DNA of 43,293 nt from an uncultured Methanosarcinales archaeon (GTDB lineage: Archaea > Nanobdellota > Nanobdellia > Woesearchaeales > GW2011-AR4). A program made the translations under genes and the position numbers. Numbering within the stretch: position 1 is the stretch's first letter; each line of letters starts with the position of its first letter. Positions 10,701 through 18,446 of this stretch are shown one piece after another. The DNA is taken from assembly GCA_964538135.1 (NCBI GenBank), contig CAZIEE010000001.1:1-43293 (forward strand), given 5' to 3'. The notes beneath the pieces were generated by a model. That model ran no database searches. It was not told where the DNA came from and saw only the letters and a program-made list of their open reading frames with translations.

Positions 10701-12909
10701 TTTTGAAAATATAAATATCAAAAAATGCACAGATTATCCCAGCTTTGAAGGGGGGAATTTAAAATGTATACAATGTACCCTCAATACAGATAGTTGTATA
10801 CCCAAGCCTGTATGTGATAATGGTTTATTGGAAACAAGAGAGGTTTGTGACGATAATGATGGTCAAATCCCTGTTTTTGGTGCTATAAAATCATGTGATG
10901 ATTTCAACAATTTTGATGGAGGTATCCTTGGTTGTAATAACTGTGTTTTAGACAAAACAAATTGCATAAGGCACCCATATTGTGGAGACAAATCAATACA
11001 ATCATCTGAAAATTGTGATGATGGTATACTTGGAGTGATTGATAGTTGTGATGACCTTAATTTTGAAGGTGGTAATTTAAAATGTGGCCCAAATTGTTTA
11101 TTAGACACTTCTAAATGTAAACCAAAACAAAAATGTGGTAATGGTCTTATAGATCCTGAGGAGTCCTGTGATGGAAAAAACTTAGGAGCATTAAATGGTG
11201 ATTGTATTCAATATGATTCATCATTTTTTACAGGTGGAGAATTAAAATGCAATAGTAATTGTAAACTTGATACAACAGGATGTTTTGGTTCTAGTGGGAA
11301 ATGCGGAGACAATATTTTAAATATAGGAGAATCTTGTGATGTTGCATATTTTGGTGCAATAAAAGATTGCTCAGATATAAAAGATTTTAGTGGAGGGAGT
11401 CTTAAATGTAGTAATACCTGCACACTCGATACAAGTTTATGTATTCCTGCTGCTGAATGTGGTAATGGCTTGATATCACTAGGAGAAGGTTGCGATGGAA
11501 CTAATTTAGGAAAACTTCCAGATAACAAATGTTCATCTTATAGTCCTTTCTTTAAAAGTGGAATAATTAGCTGTAGAAATGATTGCCAGATAGATACATC
11601 TGGTTGTACTCAAGCTAAGTCTTGTGGTAATACTAAATTAGATCCAGGAGAATTATGTGATGGTTCTAATTTTACTGCTCTAAAGGATATAAGTTGTAAA
11701 AATTATAGTTCACTCTTTATTAATGGAACATTAACCTGTATAAACTGTGGTATAGACACAAAAAATTGTATTGCAAACATTACAAATATAACAATAACCT
11801 GTAGACACAGAGGAAATTGTCAGTTTGATGAAGCCTGTGATGATAATTCTGAGTGTGAAAGCAAGTTCTGCTTAGATAAAAAATGCAAAAAACCAACTTG
11901 CGATGATAAAAAAAAGAATCAGCTTGAATCTGATATAGATTGTGGAGGTGTTTGTACTAAATGTCAAAACAATCAGTCTTGCAATCAGAATGAGCACTGT
12001 CAAAGTAATTTTTGTAGCTTAGGTAAATGTAGATACAAGGGAGCTTGTGAAGATGGAAACCTAACTGGCACAGAAACAGATGTTGATTGTGGTGGTGAGG
12101 TATGCCAAACAAAATGCCCTGAAGGCAAGAATTGTAATGGGGATAAAGACTGTAAAACTGGATTGAGGTGTATTTTATCTAAATGTAAAAAGTGTACAGA
12201 AAATGAAACAGATTGTGATGGTAAAAAAGATACAATAGTTGGTGGTGATGGTGATAGTGATGGAGACGGAATCCCAGATAATTGGGAGCTTCTTCACGGG
12301 CTTAATCCAAATGACCCAAATGATGCTCAACTAGATCCAGACAGTGATGGATTAACCAATCAAGAAGAGTATAATGTAAAGAACACATATGGTAAAAGCT
12401 CTGACCCCAACAACAAAGATAGTGATGGAGATGGTTTTATTGATAAATTAGAACTAGAAGAGGAGACTAACCCAGTAGATGTTTCTGATTTTCCAAAATC
12501 TAATTTTTGGAAGATTTTGTTGTTTGTACTTGGAATAATGTTTTTGCTCTCAGGAATAGGGTTTTTAGCTTATAAAGGGGTGATGAGCAGAAGAGAAGAA
12601 ACTAAAGAAAGAAAACCTGTAAGGGTGCCTCAAATACCTCTAGAGGTTGGGCAGCATATGTTAAAGCCTAAGGTAATGTTAAGTCAAAAACCATACCAGA
12701 AAATTCCAATTAGGGAGATTATAAGGAAGAAAGAAGAAAAAAGGGCAAAAGACAGGGAAAAAATATTTGAGTCATTTGAAGAAAAGAAAGAAACTCCAAA
12801 ATTAGGTGAAAAGCCAAAACAAACTGAGGAAAAAGCTTCTGAAGATGTATTCTCTAAACTCAAAAATATTTCTAAAGAACAGAAACAAAAAGAGAAAGAA
12901 AATAAATGA
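4750..12909 (+). CDS. Giant (2719 aa) cysteine-rich repeat surface adhesin
   Basis: Uninterrupted 8.16-kb ORF. Sec signal peptide (...LLLPTDVSA/QIG). Cys-rich N-terminal region and an Ig/FN3-like beta-rich middle. About 18 modules of CG[DN]G..(x)..E.CDG...C...GG.L.C..C.LDTS.C, resembling DUF4215/Myxococcus-type Cys-rich repeats. Knot-like Cys modules follow. Thrombospondin-type-3-like DSDGDGIPD / DSDGDGFID calcium motifs. C-terminal TM (FWKILLFVLGIMFLLSGIGFLAY) and a K/E-rich cytoplasmic tail. Confidence 0.9.
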   Translation: MKKEVIILFLMLFSIFVLLLPTDVSAQIGCCTNPGAGTAICSSLAVSIGSCCPTPEKDNPVYYSDTNTQLPKDFSTCKSTFFSEGTSCNDIKCQIGCCCSELGGEIKSGAECKGPGFEFKKELTSCDTACATPECSDKIDNDGDGCIDGKDKDCTSTFDKEKTKQTGSSPCLEQSIDCSSLTYEPKLSNLIITPIKGEKKFLLRWEDECTNNAQNYDILRCNKNQQDCKDSDFKSISSTNTNSYTDESDLLFDKTYTYKVIATYTNDKQTIITKTANLGNLECFGQTNDNIFCIHGTYYDQYEQYLKQNNLGSLSNFIKKEEVKNRFNKAYSCNSNNLLISNGPDPPCDVDSLCLVRDGVASCVEKVTCNYNEGNPFGLFYTKEGCEGTPTTTPPIPYKYCFYDRSHTTINSCFNCKPSMACYDYKEKDSCLKDNCEIGSCEWIDLVNEIGVGVCRSTSKSNCKWCESEGTISLGNLESFNKVFDSCTKTKSDALSIPPDLKCYFSNGRSKDCKDAVCTDYDPDEITQCSQKISLDPNNNILRYGSGTNNPILSSDPCGLNICQKIEVTSGNSMCVKNADGDAKPDCQSIKDNSIIPECESDYFAPETKLTQKTKVSGILDKINLEITDLTSFDSPVILVDESKDYKTFLCVSNGRGESRCSDPLKHPYAKSTKKKSIEVIGLEAYDTGTGKPILFFNEGINTIKYYSQDPSKNIEVVKTADINAQISGSGPKVFKINILNSELKEDFTKTLYTNSKNQDINVKFYTLATLTFARLEKKGLINPVWSLISSVPTDSENSVLLPTKDVMGEGEYQFRLNAKNDKGILMDSEFLASIIVDVTAPNLDIKYLDGTNEKELADVIITSKNNQGTTIKLKFNEIVSIESVKLEDKEIKNDFSTTDNKEFKHTIILLDGNKRLDVRAKDLAGNVIEKSIQFTINADPNLKIKLVNPEFGVASALTFDLVIKTDNDATCKYNLDDSLQFDFMSAFDPKPKPSTEHKKISFDGIKKDGEVHKLNINCKDEVSGKNTLQSFDISVDLTEPEIITAYAYPNPITEDSKTTSLTVQSNEPIICKFGTDLGKDPGAMFDQMKGFEDFDKNNFKTITSQKITLENEGEFTYYVACKNKAGLKSDVKEVIIKVDLSIHLIITSHTEPLFGSENVKLSIETNKESSCNYKLGSQITLFGEQGYTHQKDITLTNGKHNLLVKCSAKGGVENDQINVEVIVDTQKPQMVFVDDTSNFEQFPEKTCLTHRLRVKWLGKDDESGVKEYFYSLIKSDNPKNTIIGFTQSFDSNEFVFIDKTSNNEPLNLKDNTKYLFKVKAKDYVDLESEPKDSNGITVDTSACRPEPKCGDGDINKEGEVCDYSNGNFVFGSYPNKCIDYTNFIGGILKCSGNCKDFDISDCVEQKYCGDGIINTGEHCEKGKSGVDKFGSSKACTDLNFAGGTLTCDSSRCFLDTSRCTPKSKCGNNLIDLGEECDGTNFGSILLNADCKEYSSAFTGGTFSCNKCKIDTSKCEGIPNGKCPDNTININEKCDGNRFGIIDNCVELGFKGGTISCSNRCELDTSKCEPKPLCGNDVIEPGEECDGDNLGIIKSSCSEYSSYFSSGTIKCDDNCKLDTFNCVESPVCGNGFLDGSEECDRTNFIGIADDKCTSYSQTYESGILGCGKDNCKVSTNNCVPKPECGNGVIENGESCEGNDFGSNAPNGKCTTYSNDFIDGDLKCKNCQIDVSFCKSVPEPICGDGVINQVNEECDLKDHRGNTCKTFGYKNGDLKCTNNCEYDTSGCSNPEKTFCQDGKVQEPNSVGFNEQCDKNDLGDKTCSSFEIYTGGSLSCNVGCTFDYTKCVPKNPNIQPVCNDGVINQVNEECDLKDHRGNTCKTFGYKNGDLKCTNNCEYDTSGCSNPEKTFCQDGKVQEPNSVGFNEQCDKNDLGDKTCSSFEIYTGGSLSCNGDCTFDYTKCVPKEKPVICGDGKIGGSETCDGNTFENINIKKCTDYPSFEGGNLKCIQCTLNTDSCIPKPVCDNGLLETREVCDDNDGQIPVFGAIKSCDDFNNFDGGILGCNNCVLDKTNCIRHPYCGDKSIQSSENCDDGILGVIDSCDDLNFEGGNLKCGPNCLLDTSKCKPKQKCGNGLIDPEESCDGKNLGALNGDCIQYDSSFFTGGELKCNSNCKLDTTGCFGSSGKCGDNILNIGESCDVAYFGAIKDCSDIKDFSGGSLKCSNTCTLDTSLCIPAAECGNGLISLGEGCDGTNLGKLPDNKCSSYSPFFKSGIISCRNDCQIDTSGCTQAKSCGNTKLDPGELCDGSNFTALKDISCKNYSSLFINGTLTCINCGIDTKNCIANITNITITCRHRGNCQFDEACDDNSECESKFCLDKKCKKPTCDDKKKNQLESDIDCGGVCTKCQNNQSCNQNEHCQSNFCSLGKCRYKGACEDGNLTGTETDVDCGGEVCQTKCPEGKNCNGDKDCKTGLRCILSKCKKCTENETDCDGKKDTIVGGDGDSDGDGIPDNWELLHGLNPNDPNDAQLDPDSDGLTNQEEYNVKNTYGKSSDPNNKDSDGDGFIDKLELEEETNPVDVSDFPKSNFWKILLFVLGIMFLLSGIGFLAYKGVMSRREETKERKPVRVPQIPLEVGQHMLKPKVMLSQKPYQKIPIREIIRKKEEKRAKDREKIFESFEEKKETPKLGEKPKQTEEKASEDVFSKLKNISKEQKQKEKENK
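8785..11770 (+). repeat. Array of about 18 coding repeats (50-58 aa each, 6 Cys) inside the giant adhesin
   Basis: The periodic CGNG/CGDG ... GEECDG ... LDTSKC pattern is read directly from the translation. Confidence 0.85.
9976..10641 (+). repeat. Near-identical 345-bp tandem duplication (two-module unit, 115 aa)
   Basis: 9976-10255 is identical to 10321-10600 (280 nt). After a 5-nt divergent patch, identity resumes to about 10296/10641. Confidence 0.9.
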
Positions 12910-12910
12910 A

Positions 12911-13438
12911 ATGAGTACAAAAAAGTCAGAGGTTCATAGTCAGATATTTGTTTATATTTTAACTGTTGTGGTAACTTCTTTACTCCTGGTCTATGGTTTC
13001 AATTCAATTCAGAAATTCAGAAAAAGCACTGAAGAGTTAGAGTGTCTGAAGTTAAAAAAGGATTTAAGTGGAGCAATTAAGTCCATTTTAGGAGATTTTG
13101 GTAGTGTAAAGAAGAAAGATGTTAGATTATGCAAGAACTACAAAGAGATTTGTTTTGTTGAAACTTTAGAGTTTAATTCAATTAATTTAGATAATATAAA
13201 CTGGATTAGGTACCCTTTTGAGATATCATCACCTAATCCGCCTGATCCAATAATATCTGGAGAAATAAAATCTGGTACTGGAAAAAATGCTTTCTTAGTT
13301 GATAAAATAGCAAAAGAGTCATTTAATATTGGAACAATATCTGTTAATAAAGATGTCTTGTGCATCAAAGCTCAAAATAATTTAATAAGCCTAAAATTAG
13401 AAGGTAAGGGAGATCATGTTTTAATAGATAAATGGTAA
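12911..13438 (+). CDS. Prepilin-like protein
   Basis: ATG lies 2 nt after the adhesin stop. N-terminus MSTKKSEVHSQIFVYILTVVVTSLLLVYGF. The track start at 12806 overlaps the adhesin tail and is rejected. Confidence 0.55.
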   Translation: MSTKKSEVHSQIFVYILTVVVTSLLLVYGFNSIQKFRKSTEELECLKLKKDLSGAIKSILGDFGSVKKKDVRLCKNYKEICFVETLEFNSINLDNINWIRYPFEISSPNPPDPIISGEIKSGTGKNAFLVDKIAKESFNIGTISVNKDVLCIKAQNNLISLKLEGKGDHVLIDKW

Positions 13439-13467
13439 TCTTGAGATATTTCTTATCGAGATAAAAA

Positions 13468-14517
13468 ATGAATAAAAAAGGATTTGAAATGCAGTTTAAT
13501 TGGATTTTTATTTTAGTTGCAGGAGTATTCATCCTTATACTGGTTGGTTTATTTATTTCCAGGAATACAGAAATTGCTGAAAGATCTGCCAAAACCAATT
13601 TAATTAGAAGTATTGAATCTATAATAACAAGTGCTAGTGTAAGCACAGACATAACAAATGTTGTTGAAATATCCAAATTAGAGATAGATATAAGTTGTAA
13701 TAAGATTTCTGTTGGGGGAGTGCCTAAACAATATCAGAATTTAATACTGTTTGCTCCATCAAAAATTAAAGGCAGTAAACTTATAACCCAAACATTAACT
13801 TTTAGTGTTCCATACAAAGCAACAAACCTTCTTTATATCACAAGTCCACAAGTGAGATACATAATAGTAGGGGATGGAGATAACTCTCTTGTAAAAAAAA
13901 TAGATGCTCTACTACCTAAGGATTTGAATAAAAAGCTTTACTCTACAACTGATCCAAATATTGCAAATATAGAAAACGAAAATAATTATAATATAAAATT
14001 TATAGTTTTTGGAGATAGTATGATTAATATCCCTGATAACTTAAAAAATATGCCAGATAAGTCAGTTACTGCTGTAAGAATACCCTATCCTGTAAGTGAT
14101 GAGATTACTGAGGATGATGAGATTACTGGAACAGTAGAATTTTATAAAAAAGAAGGGAACTCATGGGCGACTAATTCTCTTCAAGATACCTCCCCTTATA
14201 TTGGAATAGAATCCTTAATTGGAGCTATTTATTCAGATACAGTAGAATTATATAATTGTAATATGGGAAATACATTTTCGAGACTTAATCTTGTTACTCT
14301 TGTTTTAAAGCACAGATCTGAAAAATTAAAGAACTCAGATAAAACAAACGAAAACTGTTATGAGGTATATGCTTCCATATCATCTGATCTACAACAAATT
14401 ATTGATAAATCTTTAAACTTTAACTCAGAAAATGTAAATACCATTTTATCTGCTGCTTCAAATCTAGAATATGAAAATAAAAAGTTAGAAAAAGAATCGT
14501 GTCCCCTAATATATTAA
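13468..14517 (+). CDS. Prepilin-like protein
   Basis: MNKKGFEMQFNWIFILVAGVFILILVGLFI: a KKG/F class III cleavage-type motif followed by a hydrophobic helix. Confidence 0.6.
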   Translation: MNKKGFEMQFNWIFILVAGVFILILVGLFISRNTEIAERSAKTNLIRSIESIITSASVSTDITNVVEISKLEIDISCNKISVGGVPKQYQNLILFAPSKIKGSKLITQTLTFSVPYKATNLLYITSPQVRYIIVGDGDNSLVKKIDALLPKDLNKKLYSTTDPNIANIENENNYNIKFIVFGDSMINIPDNLKNMPDKSVTAVRIPYPVSDEITEDDEITGTVEFYKKEGNSWATNSLQDTSPYIGIESLIGAIYSDTVELYNCNMGNTFSRLNLVTLVLKHRSEKLKNSDKTNENCYEVYASISSDLQQIIDKSLNFNSENVNTILSAASNLEYENKKLEKESCPLIY

Positions 14518-15041
14518 TGGATAAGCAATCACAAATTCAAATAACAGAAACAATAGTCGTATTGTTTGTATTCTTCATATTAATGTTTGTTGGTTTAATC
14601 TTTTATTTAAAGATCTTTAAAAGTAATATAGAGTCAGAGAAGGAAGAGTTAAATCAACTTAATTCTATAGGTGTAGCACAAAGAGTTATGTTCATGCCAG
14701 AATTACAATGCAGTCAATCTATTGTAAAGGAGATAACTAATTGCATTGATATTATAAAACTAGATGCCATTAAAAGTGGAAATATAATTAAAACAAATCT
14801 GGCTTATTTTGATATATTTGGATTTAGTGAGATAACTATATCTCAAATTTATCCTATCGAACCTGGAAAAGAATCAGCTGATCCTACAGATTTATCTTTA
14901 ACTGAAAACCATTTACAAATCTATTCAAGAAAAGCAGAAGATTTGAAGCAAAGCTTTTCTACAAACGTACCAATATCATTATATGATCCAATAGAAAAAA
15001 AATATAGTTTTGGAATTTTAAACATAGTAACATACTCTTAA
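14517..15041 (+). CDS. Prepilin-like protein
   Basis: TAATG stop/start overlap with the upstream gene. N-terminus MDKQSQIQITETIVVLFVFFILMFVGLIFY. Confidence 0.5.
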   Translation: MDKQSQIQITETIVVLFVFFILMFVGLIFYLKIFKSNIESEKEELNQLNSIGVAQRVMFMPELQCSQSIVKEITNCIDIIKLDAIKSGNIIKTNLAYFDIFGFSEITISQIYPIEPGKESADPTDLSLTENHLQIYSRKAEDLKQSFSTNVPISLYDPIEKKYSFGILNIVTYS

Positions 15042-15058
15042 TTAATAACTCTAGATTA

Positions 15059-15541
15059 ATGATAATGAAAAAAGCACAAATGGAAATGTTAGGACTTGCA
15101 ATTTTTGTTGTATTATTAGTATTGGGATTTGCTTTTGTAGCTAAGTTATGGCTTTTAAAAAATCCAGTAGAGCATAGGCAGAGTTTTATCAGATCACAGC
15201 TTAGTTCAAACATGATTAATACATTGATTAAGACAAGTACAACTTGCTCTCAGCTATCCATGACAGAATTATTACAGGATTGTGCTCAGGCAAAAAGCAT
15301 ATCCTGTGGGAGTAAATCGTCATGCGAATTTGTTAAGGATACATCAAAAGAAATATTTGGAAAATCACTTGACAAATGGAAAATGACCTATAAATTTTTA
15401 GCTTATACCGACATTAATTCCCCTAGAACTTCAAGTATAATAAATTTAGGAGAGGATTGCAAAGCAAAAGAACGTGATTCAGAGATATTCCCTATAAGGA
15501 TAAGTGGAGGGACATTATATATAAGATTAGATATATGTTAG
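15059..15541 (+). CDS. Prepilin-like protein
   Basis: MIMKKAQMEMLGLAIFVVLLVLGFAFVA: a KKA/Q motif plus a hydrophobic helix, followed by a small Cys-containing globular part. Confidence 0.6.
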   Translation: MIMKKAQMEMLGLAIFVVLLVLGFAFVAKLWLLKNPVEHRQSFIRSQLSSNMINTLIKTSTTCSQLSMTELLQDCAQAKSISCGSKSSCEFVKDTSKEIFGKSLDKWKMTYKFLAYTDINSPRTSSIINLGEDCKAKERDSEIFPIRISGGTLYIRLDIC

Positions 15542-15558
15542 TAAAATTACAAATTACC

Positions 15559-15930
15559 TTAATTAAGTCCTTTTAATTTATCCTCAATTGCACGAATTTC
15601 AAACTCTAAGCTCTCTAGTTCTGACATTGGCTTTTTGGAAATATTTTCTTTTGGTGGTTCCTTTTCTTTTTTTTCAGGTATTTTTTTAGTTTTTTTAATA
15701 TCAGTTTTTATATTAACTTTTGGTAGTTTAAGCTTTAAATCTGCTAGAAGCTTATTTGCATCCCTGATATCATTTTTAAGTTTGCGTATTTTTTTGCCCT
15801 TTTCATTCGCAAAGCTTTTAAATTTCTCAAAGCCCTTAAGTACATTTAAGGTCTCCCTTAAAGTCTCAAAAACAGCTTTCCTTGTTTTTTGAGGAGCCTT
15901 TAATTCCACAAAAAAAGAATCTTTAGTCAT
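15559..15930 (-). CDS. K/E-rich coiled-coil hypothetical protein
   Basis: 123-aa ORF, third gene of a tight three-gene minus-strand cluster (gaps of 3 and 6 nt). Confidence 0.45.
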   Translation of the reverse strand: MTKDSFFVELKAPQKTRKAVFETLRETLNVLKGFEKFKSFANEKGKKIRKLKNDIRDANKLLADLKLKLPKVNIKTDIKKTKKIPEKKEKEPPKENISKKPMSELESLEFEIRAIEDKLKGLN

Positions 15931-15936
15931 TTGTAT

Positions 15937-16161
15937 CTAAAAAATTATTTTGTTTATTTCTTCTATTTTTCTTTCTATCCCCTCTATTGTATTACTCCAA
16001 TTTGTAAGTTCTTCTTTCTCTGAATCTCTCAATCTATTAAGCTCACTTAATGTAGTCTTTACTTCTTTTACTTTTTCTTTTATTAAATCTATAACTTTTG
16101 ATATTTCTTTGCTTTCTTCTATCTTTACAAATACTGGTACTTTTGTTTTTTCTTCTTCCAT
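15937..16161 (-). CDS. Small coiled-coil hypothetical protein
   Basis: 74-aa ORF. The VPVFVKIEESKEISKVIDLIKEKV... pattern resembles the C-terminus of the upstream 225-aa protein. Confidence 0.45.
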   Translation of the reverse strand: MEEEKTKVPVFVKIEESKEISKVIDLIKEKVKEVKTTLSELNRLRDSEKEELTNWSNTIEGIERKIEEINKIIF

Positions 16162-16164
16162 TTT

Positions 16165-16842
16165 TTACTCACCTTTGAATAAACTTTTATCAATAAGAAT
16201 AAGTTTTTTATGCAAATCATGAACATAAGGAGTTGCAATCCCCAACAAATTTTCTTTTTGATTTTCTATTTCCTCTAATTTAATTAACCCATTGCTGAAA
16301 TTTTTTAGGCTGATTTTTATTGATTCAATGTTTCCAATAATACTTCTAAAGTTTTCTAAATCTATATAATTAATATTCTCATTTATTTTTTTGACAGGTA
16401 TTGTCTTTATTTCAGTTTCTTGAATCACAGGCATATCTGGTATTTTTGTAAATTCAGTATTGATTTTTGGACTAGACATTACTTCTTGCAAAGAATTTAT
16501 CAGTTCATCCTCTACATGAACTGTACTGGGATATTCCAGTGAAACCTTTTCTTGAAAACCTTTATTGAAAGTTTGTGGTGGATAATCCAGGTCAGCGTGC
16601 TGTAATTCTGGGAGTTCAGGAAATCCTTGAAAATCTTTTTCAGAATCAGATTGGACATATCCTGGTGGGGAAGGTATATCTTCAAATCCTTCCAATCCTT
16701 CAAGTGATGGAGGAAGTGGAGGTAAATCTAGATCTTCTGATTCATGTTCTTTCTTCTCTCTTTTTAAAAAACTTAAAAACTTCATCATAATGTCTTCTCC
16801 AAATTGAATGGAACTTGGTTTTATTAAAACTTTTGTTAACAT
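16165..16842 (-). CDS. Hypothetical protein with acidic/proline-rich linker and C-terminal helical domain
   Basis: 225-aa ORF. ATG 16842 lies 25 nt from the shared TATA. Alternative starts MMKF are at 16788/16785. Confidence 0.45.
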   Translation of the reverse strand: MLTKVLIKPSSIQFGEDIMMKFLSFLKREKKEHESEDLDLPPLPPSLEGLEGFEDIPSPPGYVQSDSEKDFQGFPELPELQHADLDYPPQTFNKGFQEKVSLEYPSTVHVEDELINSLQEVMSSPKINTEFTKIPDMPVIQETEIKTIPVKKINENINYIDLENFRSIIGNIESIKISLKNFSNGLIKLEEIENQKENLLGIATPYVHDLHKKLILIDKSLFKGE

Positions 16843-16861
16843 TGTACAGTAACAATCAAAA

Positions 16862-16872
16862 AAATATTTAAA
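16862..16872. promoter_or_regulatory. Shared near-palindromic TATA element (AAATATTTAAA) between divergent leaderless genes
   Basis: Its centre (about 16867) is 25 nt from ATG 16842 (minus strand) and 29 nt from ATG 16896 (plus strand). Confidence 0.4.
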
Positions 16873-16895
16873 CCATAAACAAATCTACATGGTTT

Positions 16896-18368
16896 ATGTC
16901 AAAACACAATGTTTCCAGGACAATGTCAACACAGCATCCTGATAATATTAATCATCCATTTTTTTCTGATAGCCAGGAACTTGGAGGGGAAGATGAGATT
17001 AAAGAAGCATTCTATTTATATTCAAATATAGGATCAAGGGAACAACTTTGGGACTGTGAAGGCAAGGAAGTTGACAATTTTGTTGTTAAAAAGCTTTTGA
17101 GTAAGTACGAAAATTATTTCACAAGACATAAATTAGGCAAAGATGTTTTTCTAACATTAAGGGTACCAAACCCTTCAGTTGAAAAAAATGAAGCAAAACT
17201 TTTGCTTGAAACTCTGGAAAGCATTCCAAGAAATTTTGATGCTGCAAATTTATTTTATAATGATGACATTGCACCTATTTTTGAGATTGCTCTGCCAATG
17301 ACTACTGATTACAGGGAGCTGGTAAGAATCTCTAATTATTACAAGCATTATGTAGTTGGCAAGCAGCATCATAAGTTTAGTGACATAACAATTTCTGAAT
17401 GGATGGGCAAGTTCAATCCTGAAAAGTTGAGAGTAATACCCCTGATTGAAACAAAAGAGAGCATACTTAACCCAAACGAAATAGTTGAAAATTATTTAAA
17501 GAAAGAAAAAGTTGAGGATTATCAAAGAGTATGGCTTGCAAGAAGTGATCCTGCTTTGAATTATGGAAATCTTGCAACAATCTTAATGTTAAATGTTTCT
17601 TTTCAAAAACTTTATGATATGCAAAAAAATCTTTCAATAGATCTTCTCCCAATTCTTGGTTGTGGAAGTTCCCCTTTTAGGGGAAATTTTAATCCAATTA
17701 ATGTAAATAATTGCTCGAAGAATCACCCAAGTGTTTATACATTTACACTGCAATCGGCATTTAAGTACGATTATAACATTCATGATGTTAAAAATGCCGT
17801 GAACTTTTTGAATGAAACAAGTCCTTCAAAGCCAATTACTGTTGATGAGCACAAATGCAATTTAATTATTGAAAAACTTATAGATGAGTACCAAAAACAG
17901 GTTAGCCTTCTTGTAGACTCTATAAATAATATATCCCCACACATACCCTCAAGAAGGAAAAGAAAGCTTCATATTGGATTGTATGGCTATTCAAGAAGTG
18001 TTGGCAGTTTGAAACTACCAAGGGCAATCACATTTTGCGCTGCTTTGTATTCTTATGGATTACCTCCAGAAGTTTTGAGTTTGAATGCTTTGACTGAGAA
18101 TGAAATAGATTACATAAAAAACATTTATCCAAATTTTGAAAATGATTTGAGGGATTCATTGCAATATTTGAATGAAGAAAACCTAAGGGTATTCCCTCAT
18201 GAGATAGTTGAAAGGATTGGAATGTTAAAGAAAATTGTTGATTATGATATTAATGAAGAACATAAAAATATAACTTCTACAATAATAGAAGATTTGAAAA
18301 GAAAAGATTACAGGTTACTTTCTGAAAATATAGCAAGGGCTGGTTTTGTAAGGAAGTTTTTGGGGTGA
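16896..18368 (+). CDS. ppcA: Archaeal-type phosphoenolpyruvate carboxylase
   Basis: N-terminal signature RTMSTQHPDN and a length of about 490 aa are typical of the archaeal PEPC family. Confidence 0.85.
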   Translation: MSKHNVSRTMSTQHPDNINHPFFSDSQELGGEDEIKEAFYLYSNIGSREQLWDCEGKEVDNFVVKKLLSKYENYFTRHKLGKDVFLTLRVPNPSVEKNEAKLLLETLESIPRNFDAANLFYNDDIAPIFEIALPMTTDYRELVRISNYYKHYVVGKQHHKFSDITISEWMGKFNPEKLRVIPLIETKESILNPNEIVENYLKKEKVEDYQRVWLARSDPALNYGNLATILMLNVSFQKLYDMQKNLSIDLLPILGCGSSPFRGNFNPINVNNCSKNHPSVYTFTLQSAFKYDYNIHDVKNAVNFLNETSPSKPITVDEHKCNLIIEKLIDEYQKQVSLLVDSINNISPHIPSRRKRKLHIGLYGYSRSVGSLKLPRAITFCAALYSYGLPPEVLSLNALTENEIDYIKNIYPNFENDLRDSLQYLNEENLRVFPHEIVERIGMLKKIVDYDINEEHKNITSTIIEDLKRKDYRLLSENIARAGFVRKFLG

Positions 18369-18398
18369 ACTTTATCGTGCTTCGTGCTTCGAATTTAG

Positions 18399-18405
18399 TT
18401 TTTTT
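18399..18405 (+). terminator. Oligo-T tract after ppcA
   Basis: A T7 run about 30 nt after the stop codon. Archaeal termination commonly uses oligo-T. Confidence 0.35.
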
Positions 18406-18413
18406 GTACCACT

Positions 18414-18426
18414 AAATTTATATATT
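18414..18426 (+). promoter_or_regulatory. TATA box (AAATTTATATATT) upstream of ncRNA candidate 2
   Basis: Centred about 26 nt upstream of the first base of the closing helix at 18448. Confidence 0.45.
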
Positions 18427-18446
18427 CCTCCTCTTTCTCTTTCAAT

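Noticed and set aside
8785-11770. Regularly spaced DNA repeats that might be taken for a CRISPR-like array.
   Set aside because: The repeat units are 150-170 nt, diverged and entirely in frame within one ORF encoding Cys-rich protein modules. There is no short repeat/spacer architecture anywhere in the window.
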